A stretch of DNA of 64,000 nt, taken from positions 704,001-768,000 of the forward strand of contig OY821641.1 in the NCBI GenBank assembly GCA_963555995.3, given 5' to 3'. The translations under genes and the position numbers were made by a program. Within the stretch, counting starts at the first letter, position 1, and each line of letters opens with the position of its first letter. The notes under the pieces are model-generated. The model had not been told where the DNA came from and did no database searches. It worked only from the letters and a program-made list of their open reading frames with translations. Positions 18,374-26,659 of this stretch are shown here, in pieces. Source of the stretch: Vicinamibacteria bacterium (GTDB lineage Bacteria; Acidobacteriota; Vicinamibacteria; Marinacidobacterales; Marinacidobacteraceae).

Positions 18374-19111
18374 TCAGGGCCGCAACTGTCGTGGGTCGCC
18401 TTCCACTTCTCGGCGAGCAACCGAACCACCCCGCCGTCCGGCCGCGCCCGCTGACGCGAGGGCCTCCTGTCCGTTGGACTCGATTGACTCAAGGAGCAGG
18501 TACATGCCCGACGATGGATTGTCGTCCGGAAACCCGGTTCCGTCTCCGGCGTGCTTGGCCGTCAAGACGCGCGCGCGTTCTGCCGCGGCGCCGCGACGGG
18601 GCATGTACACCGAACCGTCCAATCCCTTACCCGCGCTCTCGTCGAGGTCGCGGCGCAGCCTCTCGGCAGCGGCGGTGTCGAGCCACGCGGTCTGGTCTTC
18701 GAAATGGAGCGTCAGCCATAGCTCGAAGCAGGGATTCGAAATGGCAAGACGGACGCCGCTCGCTTCCGCCCTGGCTCGGGCCTCGGGAAGCTTGGGGTGG
18801 TTCTGGGGCCATTCGACGTCGAACAGGCACCACACCTCGTCTATCTCACCGTCCTCTCGCGAATTGCGAGCTCGGGCTTCGGCCGCGGCCTGTACCAGGG
18901 TCAGCGGCACGCCGGTCACATTCCGCTCAACGCGGATGTCTACTGAGGCGGCGTCGCGGACGGTCGGTTCCTGTTTCAGGGCCTCGAGGTAGTCGGGCTC
19001 GGTCCTTGTGCCTTCACAGAACACCAGGAATGTCCGCCGTGGCGTGCGATCCCCGACCCGGCGACGGAGCGAGGGGACTCTGCGCGCCCGGCGTCCGGAC
19101 CGCTTAGCCAT
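18374..19111 (-). CDS. RloB-family protein (AbiLii-like)
   Basis: VFCEG..TEPDY, VWCLFDVE, SNPCFELWL.LHF, NPSS motifs. Confidence 0.9.
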   Translation of the reverse strand: MAKRSGRRARRVPSLRRRVGDRTPRRTFLVFCEGTRTEPDYLEALKQEPTVRDAASVDIRVERNVTGVPLTLVQAAAEARARNSREDGEIDEVWCLFDVEWPQNHPKLPEARARAEASGVRLAISNPCFELWLTLHFEDQTAWLDTAAAERLRRDLDESAGKGLDGSVYMPRRGAAAERARVLTAKHAGDGTGFPDDNPSSGMYLLLESIESNGQEALASAGAAGRRGGSVARREVEGDPRQLRP

Positions 19112-20381
19112 CAACAGGCTGAGCGACGAGCCCGAGGGCTCGGCGCACTGCGACCTGTTCCACTTCCGGAACCGCCCCGAACCGTCCTTGCAGATAAGCA
19201 CGCTCCAGGTTCAGCGACTTCCTCACGCGTTCACCCCCGAACTCGGCGAGGGCAACGAGGCGCGTGGTCGCGTTGGGCGCTTTCTCGGTGAGCCACACTT
19301 CGTCGCGGTTCAAGCCGTTCAGCAGGGACGTGTCGTGGGAAGTGAAGACGAGTTGAGCCCCGCGGGGATTGGTCTCGGGATCCTGGAAGATCTCGATCAA
19401 TCGCGCCGAAAGGCGGGGATGAAGGCTGGCGTCAATCTCGTCGAGCAGCAGGACAGAGCCGGATCGGAGCACCGCGAGCGCCGGAGCGATCAGATCGAAC
19501 CAGGTCCGGGTCCCGGCGGACTCATCCCGCAGATCGAAGGTGACCGGTTCCCCTTCTCCCTGATGAACGAAACCGATGCGGCGACGAGGTCCGAAGCGCC
19601 CCGACTCCTCTTCGATCATCACAAAATCGTCAATTCCCGGATCCGCGAAACGAAGCAGGTCCATGGCAACGTCAGTGTTCGTGACCTCCGGTTCGTTTTC
19701 CGGGGTGGCAAGGAGTGGTCGCGGATTGGAGCTTCCCTCGAACAGCAGGTGCCTCGTGGAGTCGAACGGGCCGAAGCGGCCGAGCCGGGGAAACTGTCTG
19801 TTCTGGAGCCCGAGGACGCGCATCCGCGCGAGTGTTCGTCCGACGCGTCCTATTTCGGTATCCGATACCCGCCGGCCAGCGGAAAGCGCCAGCGTCGTGG
19901 GGGTCAGCAAGTCCCGTATTCCCCGGGTTCCGTCGAGGCCCCGGCGGAACTTGATTTCGCTCTCCCGGCGCGTGAAGAGGTTTCGCCGCCATCCTTCCGG
20001 ATAGCTGTCCAGGCTCTCGAACAGGACCGCCGAGTCGTTTACCTCGAGCCGATACGTGTATCGGACCCCACGGGCCATCAGGTCCAGATCGAACTCCGTG
20101 GGAGAGACGGGTCCCCTGCCGAACCGATGAGCGTCGCGCGGGATGTAGTCCTCCCAGCTTCGAAGCGACGCGGAAACGGCCAGCGACAGCCACGCCATGG
20201 CCTCAAGGACGTTGGTCTTGCCCGACGCATTGGCCCCGTAGATTCCGGCGACCGTCAGCACGCGCTCCGACAGCCCCTCGAAGCCTCGCGTCGCCGCCCG
20301 ATCCCGGTCCACGGCGATCATGGACAGTTCCACCGGCTCCAGGATCGAGCGGTGGTTCGACACCCGGAATCGAAGCAGCAT
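19104..20381 (-). CDS. AAA_21 ATPase (RloA/AbiLi-like)
   Basis: IYGANASGKTN, ESAGT, LLDEIDASLHP, QLVFTSH, YLQGRFGAVP; overlaps the rloB-like start. Confidence 0.9.
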   Translation of the reverse strand: MLLRFRVSNHRSILEPVELSMIAVDRDRAATRGFEGLSERVLTVAGIYGANASGKTNVLEAMAWLSLAVSASLRSWEDYIPRDAHRFGRGPVSPTEFDLDLMARGVRYTYRLEVNDSAVLFESLDSYPEGWRRNLFTRRESEIKFRRGLDGTRGIRDLLTPTTLALSAGRRVSDTEIGRVGRTLARMRVLGLQNRQFPRLGRFGPFDSTRHLLFEGSSNPRPLLATPENEPEVTNTDVAMDLLRFADPGIDDFVMIEEESGRFGPRRRIGFVHQGEGEPVTFDLRDESAGTRTWFDLIAPALAVLRSGSVLLLDEIDASLHPRLSARLIEIFQDPETNPRGAQLVFTSHDTSLLNGLNRDEVWLTEKAPNATTRLVALAEFGGERVRKSLNLERAYLQGRFGAVPEVEQVAVRRALGLVAQPVDG

Positions 20382-20851
20382 GAACCCAGTTTAGCGCCGA
20401 ATCGGCATTTTCAATGCCTTTATCGAACAGATCCTGCAAATTCCGCCACAAGATCGCAACAATACTGCCGTCACATGCTTGTCTGAAGACCGGCGCTCCC
20501 AGTAGCAGACGGCCGGGCACCCTCGCCAGAGGGTGGTTCGTCCACCAGGTCCGCGTCGTCCCGGAGCGCGCGGACCTCGCGTACCACCGCCAGCGCCCCG
20601 GTCGAGACCTGTTTTCGTACGATCGTCGCCCACGCACCGAACGGCCGGTCGGCATGGTCACGCCGTGCCCCCGGGCGGGTTTCACCCGCTCCCCCCACGG
20701 CGCATTCCCGCGACTTGCTCGTGTTCCGAGCCGACCGGCCCTGGCCGAACGCACGGCTCAGGACCGGCGCGATCGTCGGCCATGCCACCGGGCGCTACGG
20801 CGACGCGCACGGACGACGGCGCCGGGTCTCGGGGACGGCGCGCGCGGCCGA

Positions 20852-21322
20852 TCAGTCGGCGAGCAGGGCCTCGACGTCCGCGTGGTTCTTGCCGAGGAAG
20901 GGGTTGATGAACCGGACGCCGAGAAGTACCTGGCCATCCTGAAAGTCCTCGGTGAGGATCGCTGAACAGCCGGCCCTCCGAGCCGTGGCCCAGAGCATCG
21001 CGTCCCAGAAGGAAATCCGGAAACGCTCCAGGACCCGCATCGCGTCCACGAGGTCGCCCACCGCGTTCGGAGTGACCCGGAACACCTCGAGCCAATCGCC
21101 GACGAAAGCACTCGCCTCCTCCGGCCGCAACAGACGCTTGCGCGTGGTTGCGAAAAAGAACTCGGTAAGCGACTGCAGGGCCAGCACACAGTCCGACGTG
21201 GCCGCCCGCGCCACCAGCGCGAGCGAGGTTTCATGCCGGTTCGCGTCCGCGTCCCGATCCGCGGCATAGACGAGGATGTTGGAATCGAGCGAAAAGCGGC
21301 CCTCGACACTCGCGGGGCTCAT
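20852..21322 (-). CDS. PIN-domain (VapC-like) toxin
   Basis: LDSNILVYA, SLTEF, SFWDAML, LTEDFQ, INPF. Confidence 0.9.
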   Translation of the reverse strand: MSPASVEGRFSLDSNILVYAADRDADANRHETSLALVARAATSDCVLALQSLTEFFFATTRKRLLRPEEASAFVGDWLEVFRVTPNAVGDLVDAMRVLERFRISFWDAMLWATARRAGCSAILTEDFQDGQVLLGVRFINPFLGKNHADVEALLAD

Positions 21323-21609
21323 TCCGCCGCCGAAAACTCGTCGTGCCGGTCGTGGAGTGCGTCGCGATCCTCGATTCTCAGGCCCCCCAGCGGCGCCCCC
21401 TCGCGGAGCCGCGCCTTCATCCGCTCATAGGCCGCGATCCACTGCGGGTCCCGTGTCCGGGCCTCGTCGTTGGGCAGGATCCGGGCGACCGGACGACCGC
21501 GGCGGGTGATCACGAACCCCTCGCCGTTCTCCACCTCCCGAATGAGCCGGGAGAACTGCTGGTTCGCTTCCTTGAGGGAGATAGGGCGGAGCGCCACGGG
21601 AACAGCCAT
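21319..21609 (-). CDS. Phd/YefM-family antitoxin
   Basis: ISLKEANQQFSRLIREVENGE.FVITRRGRPVA; ATGA overlap with the toxin. Confidence 0.9.
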   Translation of the reverse strand: MAVPVALRPISLKEANQQFSRLIREVENGEGFVITRRGRPVARILPNDEARTRDPQWIAAYERMKARLREGAPLGGLRIEDRDALHDRHDEFSAAE

Positions 21610-21733
21610 AGTCACTACTTTACTACTTCAGCGGTCGTGCAGTGATCCGGATCCCGCGCCGCGCCGTGGCGGTGCGTGTTTCGCTCCCCTGCGGGGAGCG
21701 ATGCCGGCCGGAGGCCGGCGCTCCGAGCCGTAC

Positions 21734-21770
21734 AAAGGAAGAACCCCGGGGCCGGTTGGCCCCGGGGTTC
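21734..21770 (-). terminator. Intrinsic terminator of paralog B
   Basis: Minus strand GAACCCCGGGGCC-AACC-GGCCCCGGGGTTC-TTCCTTT. Confidence 0.8.
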
Positions 21771-21806
21771 CTGTTCCGCGAAGGAGCGTCTAAGGAGAGG
21801 GACTCC

Positions 21807-23615
21807 TCAACTTACCTTGCAGGAGAGGTAGTCGCCCACGTTGTCGGTGTCGAAGGTCGGCGAAGTGGTCCTGTCATCCGCTTTCTTGCCCGCGCCCACG
21901 GCGGCGCCGCCGTCGGCGTCCCACTGGCAGGTCAGCGTGTAGTCCACCGTCTCGGAGCAGCCCATGCCGATGCCGTCCACGAAGGTGACCGAAGTCTCGA
22001 TCATCACGTCCTCGGCGTCACAGAGCGTGCTGTCGCTGTTGTTCGCACCGGCAGAGTCCTTGGTCCGCCCCGTGCCACCGTCGTCGGCGGTGCACTTGAT
22101 GTCAGCCCAGGCGGTTTGCGAGTTGTTGATCCCATTGTCGCCATCCGTGTCCGTGAGACCGAGATCGCCGTACAGCGGGTCGCCATCGTCGTCGAGGTAA
22201 GGGACCCAGTACATCGCGACGTTGTTATCCGTGTCGGTTGCCTTGGAAACCTGACTCACGGCAATTCCTCCGGTTGCGGCCGCGGTCGTGGTCCTTGCCG
22301 TGTAGAGGTCCACGGTGTTGGCGTGGGTCGCATCCTTGGAGGAGGTCGCCTTGGTCGCCTGCATGTACCAGAGGTGGGTGAAGTTCCGCGGGCCGACTTC
22401 GTTCGCCTTGAAGTTGAGGTTCCATCCGGCGATCACGTTGCTGGTTACCGTCGCCACTGCGGTCACCTTGCCCAGGTTCGCCACGTCGGCGGCGAACATG
22501 GCGCAGACATCCACCGCGGAGGTGTCGTAGGTCGTCGAGGAACAGTCCAGACCGTCGAACGCGTCCCAGTCGATCTCGCCCCACATCACCGAGGTGCCCT
22601 TGGGCGTCACCGTCAGGGTGTAGTTGCTGAGGTAGTCGTTGTTCTTGTCGTGCTTGACGCGGAAGCACTGAGCGCCACCGGGCTCCTGGACGGTGCCGGT
22701 CACGTCCGTATAGGTGTCGCAGGCATCGGCGACATCGTTGGTGTCGTCGGCGGTGTCGTCGTACTCCGATCCCAGGATTCCGTCGCCCACGTCCTGAACC
22801 CGCAGATCCGTCGCCGAGGAAGCCTTCTTGCCCTTGGTGTCCTTCCACATCGTGGTGGCGATGTCGTGGGTCGCGTTGAAGTCCTGGCTCGAGGTGTAGC
22901 TCCAGCCGAGGTCAATCCCACTCATCTCGTCCCGCTGAACGCCGCTCTCGTCGTCGAGATTAATGCTGTTGTTGTGCACCCGACCGACCTCGAGGTCGAA
23001 CATCGGGTCCCAGCCCTGGCACGCCGCCGAGTCGGCAATCGAGATCTCCGGCGCCATCGGACTCTCCGAGCACGCGAACGGGCCGCAGGACACGATGACT
23101 CCGGCGCCGATCGGAATGGGGACCTGGTTGGCGCCGATCTCTACCGGGATGACCGAGAACTGCGCGCCCGTGGCGCTGACCACGGCGCTCTGCATGGCCT
23201 TCCAGTCAACGTAGGCGAAAGGCATGTTGTCGCCCGGGACCAGGCCGATCGGGGCGGCACCATCGACGAAGAGCGGCGTCACGATGCCCGCCATGTTCAT
23301 CTCGACCACCATCTGCGGGTTGACGGACGCCATGGCGGTGTCCTCGTCGGTGCCGTCGTCCGGGATCATCGGAAACGGGGAGTCGGCATCCTCTGGAATC
23401 TCGAAATGAGCGTGGAGAGGGGTCGGCTCCGGCTCCGGCTCAGGCTCGGGTTCCGGCTCCGGCTCGGGCTCCGGCTCCGGAGCTGGCGGCGGTGGCGGCG
23501 GCGCCGGTGCGGGCGTGGTCGCCGTGTCGTCGTCGCCGCATCCCGAGAGCACGAGACCAGCGCCCAGGGTCACGGTAAGAAGGAGAAAATTTCCGCGCTC
23601 GAAATGACGTAGCAT
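21807..23615 (-). CDS. Cys-rich surface lipoprotein paralog B (complete signal peptide)
   Basis: MLRHFERGNFLLLTVTLGAGLVLSGC signal/lipobox, (EP)n linker, shared constant domain, divergent C-terminal region ending CKVS. Confidence 0.88.
   Translation of the reverse strand: MLRHFERGNFLLLTVTLGAGLVLSGCGDDDTATTPAPAPPPPPPAPEPEPEPEPEPEPEPEPEPTPLHAHFEIPEDADSPFPMIPDDGTDEDTAMASVNPQMVVEMNMAGIVTPLFVDGAAPIGLVPGDNMPFAYVDWKAMQSAVVSATGAQFSVIPVEIGANQVPIPIGAGVIVSCGPFACSESPMAPEISIADSAACQGWDPMFDLEVGRVHNNSINLDDESGVQRDEMSGIDLGWSYTSSQDFNATHDIATTMWKDTKGKKASSATDLRVQDVGDGILGSEYDDTADDTNDVADACDTYTDVTGTVQEPGGAQCFRVKHDKNNDYLSNYTLTVTPKGTSVMWGEIDWDAFDGLDCSSTTYDTSAVDVCAMFAADVANLGKVTAVATVTSNVIAGWNLNFKANEVGPRNFTHLWYMQATKATSSKDATHANTVDLYTARTTTAAATGGIAVSQVSKATDTDNNVAMYWVPYLDDDGDPLYGDLGLTDTDGDNGINNSQTAWADIKCTADDGGTGRTKDSAGANNSDSTLCDAEDVMIETSVTFVDGIGMGCSETVDYTLTCQWDADGGAAVGAGKKADDRTTSPTFDTDNVGDYLSCKVS
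23043..23168 (-). repeat. Perfect 126-bp inverted repeat, arm 2 (partner 16513-16638)
   Basis: Manual comparison. Confidence 0.9.
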
Positions 23616-23883
23616 GACAGGCCGGAGGGACGGAGTTTTCCGTCCGTAAGTTGTATGTTTGTCATTGATTTATCTCCTGGTCCCAAGAAGAGATCGCGTT
23701 CATTTCCTGTACTGTCGCCCAAGCTTGTTTTCGTGCGACAAATGATGTTTCTGTGCGGCGGTTTGACCGCGGCTCGGAGATATTGCCGTGAGATCGCGGC
23801 GAAGGCGGGTCTGGTTCCGGCGGTGTTGACTCTGTTGACCCGGACGCCGGCCGCCGCCGTCACCCACCCCGGTTCCCCGGAAC
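23616..23883. promoter_or_regulatory. AT-rich divergent intergenic region between lipoprotein B and the integrase
   Basis: Marked AT enrichment at ~23635-23750 in a very GC-rich background; exact promoters not assigned. Confidence 0.5.
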
Positions 23884-25185
23884 ATGCCCGCCGCCCGGCG
23901 TAAGCGCATCGCCCGGGTCAAGGTGACCCTGACCCGGCGGACGATTGACGGCCTGATGCCGCAGGCGCGGCCCTGGATCGCGTGGGATACCGAGGTCACC
24001 GGGTTCGGCGTCAAGGTCCAGCCCACCGGGACCCGGTCCTTCATCCTCAACTACCGCGCCCGGGGCGGGGGCCGCACCGCCCGCAACCGGCGGGTCGTCC
24101 TCGGCGGGGCCGAATGGATGGAGCCCGACCAGGCGCGGCGCCGGGCGCGGGAGCTGCTGGACCGGGTCGCGCGGGGCGAGGACCCGGCCGAGACGCGGGC
24201 GGCGGCGCCCCGGTTCCCGACGCTCACCGAGGCCTTCGCGGAGTACCTGGCGGCCAACCCGGACCGCAAGGAGAGCACCGCGCGGTTCTACCGCGGCCTG
24301 ATGCGCAACTGCTTCGCCGACTGGACGGAGCGGCCGCTCGGCGCCATCGCGCGCCGGGACGTCGAGGCGCGCTTCCTCCAGGTCTCGAAGCGGCGCGGCC
24401 GGACCGTCGCCAACCAGGCGATCTCGATGCTGCGCTCGGTGTACCGCCGACCCTGCGTGGACTTCGACGGCCTGCGCAACCCCGTCGAGCTGTGGCTGGC
24501 GGGGGGCGGGCGCTACCACCCGACCGTGCGGCGGCGCATCTCCGCGCCGTCCGAGGTGCTGCCGCGGTGGCGCCGGGGGATCGAAGCCGAGGTCATCGTG
24601 CCGGCGACGCGCGACATCTTCTGGTGCGGGCTCTACACCGGGCTGCGGCTCGGCGAGGTGTTCGGCCTGCGCTGGAACCGGGTGAGCCTGTCGCGGCGCC
24701 TGCTGCGGATTGACGAGACCAAGACCGGGAAGCCGCTGGTCCTGCCGGTCACCCGGCAGCTCGCCGACGTCTTCGAGCGGCGCCGGGCCGACGGCCCGGG
24801 GGAGGCCGCCGGGGACCCCGGCGGCGCCCGGCCGAACGGCTGGGTCTTTCCCTCGACGACCAGCGCCTCCGGCCACGCGGAGGAGCTGCAGCACCTGTAC
24901 CGGCGGATCTCCCGCGCGGCGGGGACCCGGTTCTGGTTCCACGGGCTCCGCAACGCCTTCATCACGGTGGCCGAGCGGGAACTCATGCTCCCGCGCTCGC
25001 TCACCAAGCGGCTGGTGAACCACACCCGCCACGCCGACGTGACCGAGGACTACGCCGCGGACTGGACCATCCGGCAGCTTCGCGAACCGGCGCAGCGCAT
25101 CGCGGACCGGATTGACGAGCTGATGTACGCCGAGGCCCCGGAGGACGCGGAGGAGATCCCCGAGGGGTGGTGGGAGGATCCGTGA
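23884..25185 (+). CDS. Tyrosine recombinase/integrase with N-terminal arm-binding (DUF4102-like) domain
   Basis: WD.EV.GFGVKV..TG.RSFI N-domain; catalytic TGLRLGE (R), TKTG (K), HGLR (HxxR), VNH, DYA (Y) all present. Confidence 0.92.
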   Translation: MPAARRKRIARVKVTLTRRTIDGLMPQARPWIAWDTEVTGFGVKVQPTGTRSFILNYRARGGGRTARNRRVVLGGAEWMEPDQARRRARELLDRVARGEDPAETRAAAPRFPTLTEAFAEYLAANPDRKESTARFYRGLMRNCFADWTERPLGAIARRDVEARFLQVSKRRGRTVANQAISMLRSVYRRPCVDFDGLRNPVELWLAGGGRYHPTVRRRISAPSEVLPRWRRGIEAEVIVPATRDIFWCGLYTGLRLGEVFGLRWNRVSLSRRLLRIDETKTGKPLVLPVTRQLADVFERRRADGPGEAAGDPGGARPNGWVFPSTTSASGHAEELQHLYRRISRAAGTRFWFHGLRNAFITVAERELMLPRSLTKRLVNHTRHADVTEDYAADWTIRQLREPAQRIADRIDELMYAEAPEDAEEIPEGWWEDP

Positions 25186-25345
25186 CGGAGGGGTGGCGGG
25201 TAGTGCGCCATGCAGCCCAGTAGCCCTCCAGCGTCGCGAGGGTCTCGATCCGGCTCTGGATGCTCGTCGCCAACCGGACGCTCACGCTCCGGAATCCCCC
25301 TTCCCGTGCCACAACTCCCCGATACCTCATGGGCCGTAGGCGCTC

Positions 25346-25374
25346 TTGACCGACACGGGAGCTTTGACTATATT
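25346..25374 (+). promoter_or_regulatory. Sigma70-type promoter of the NYN gene
   Basis: TTGACC-N17-TATATT. Confidence 0.7.
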
Positions 25375-25475
25375 GCTGACACCGTCCCAGAAAAAACTGA
25401 ACGGGACGGGAAAACTCCGGGGCCCCCGAAAGGGGGCCCCAAAACAATTCAACAAACCAACTGGAGGTATGTGTT

Positions 25476-26324
25476 ATGGATCGAGTGGCTGTTTTCGTGG
25501 ATGCGGGGTATTTCTTTGCACAGGGCTCCGTAGCCAAATTCGGACGCGCCGTGCCGCGCGCAGAGCTTCGACTCAGAGCGCCGGAGACGATTGAGGCCTT
25601 GAAGCAGTTCTCAGAACAATGTTCTGGGCTTCCGCTGCTTCGAATCTATTGGTACGACGGGGCTCGACGCGGGCAGCCGACTACCGAACAGGCCGCTCTC
25701 GGGATTCAGGACAACGTAAAGCTGCGTCTGGGAGTCGTGGGATTCGACGGTAGGCAGAAGGGCGTCGATTCCTTGATCGTGACGGACATGATTACCCTCG
25801 CACGCAACGGAGCCATGATGCACTGTGTGCTTCTGTCCGGCGATGAGGATCTCCGTGTGGGTGTACAGCAGGCTCAGGAATTTGGTGTCCGGGTAGATCT
25901 GCTTGGCATCGCTGACCGACAGACTGCGTCCGCCGCTCAGTCGGACCTGCTGCGCCGGGAGGCCGATTCGACGAACGCCTGGAGTGCACAGGACATCGAC
26001 GCACTTCTCGAACGCCCGGAGAGCCCCACTGACGACGGGGACCAGGATGGCGACGCCCTCGTGTCCATCGCGCAGCGTGTAGCGCAAGAGGTCCCTGGTA
26101 CAGAGGTCGAGAGGATCGTCCACCAGTACGCTGGAAGCCAGGCAAGTGGGCGGTCCGGATATCTCGATTCGCAATGGAACGCGGAACTCCTTCGCACGGC
26201 CGCCAGAGCACTGCAGCGGGCGCTAGACGATCCCGAGGAAACCAACAGGATCAGAGCGGCCTTTGTTGACGCACTGCGGAACCGCCTTACGGCCACTGCC
26301 AGCGCTGGAGACGATGCTTCCTGA
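25476..26324 (+). CDS. NYN (LabA/DUF88 PIN-like) ribonuclease domain protein
   Basis: VFVDAGY, RIYWYDG, QKGVDSLI..D, LLSGDEDL; GGAGG RBS; lower GC than flanks. Confidence 0.9.
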   Translation: MDRVAVFVDAGYFFAQGSVAKFGRAVPRAELRLRAPETIEALKQFSEQCSGLPLLRIYWYDGARRGQPTTEQAALGIQDNVKLRLGVVGFDGRQKGVDSLIVTDMITLARNGAMMHCVLLSGDEDLRVGVQQAQEFGVRVDLLGIADRQTASAAQSDLLRREADSTNAWSAQDIDALLERPESPTDDGDQDGDALVSIAQRVAQEVPGTEVERIVHQYAGSQASGRSGYLDSQWNAELLRTAARALQRALDDPEETNRIRAAFVDALRNRLTATASAGDDAS

Positions 26325-26659
26325 ACACAGCGCTCCGACTGACGGGAGCCGACCGACGAACCGGATACCTCGCAGCGAAGACCTGCCGTGCCGCATGGGC
26401 TGCGCCTGCTCGATGAGCCTTCTGATTCGGGCGAACTGGCTGCTTCCCTCCGGTGCGCCTGGGGGCGGCTCGGAGCTGGCCTTCGACTAGGCGACGCTTG
26501 CGGGGGTCAAGATCTCCGCCAGGCGGAAATCTTTACCCGCTTCCGGGATGAGGTGGGGAAGCGCACGGCCTCGACGAGACGGTCGTTCTCGAAATTGCCG
26601 AGTATGCGTCATCTTGCGTTCAGCAAGGCGCCGGGTTGGATGCGATAGGGTGCGTCGCG

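Noticed and set aside
16117-23615. Diversity-generating retroelement (TR/VR) explanation for the paralog pair
   Set aside because: No reverse transcriptase in the window; differences are extensive with indels and not adenine-specific
23884-26324. Prophage or integron
   Set aside because: No phage structural genes, tRNA att site, IntI-specific insertion or attC sites recognised
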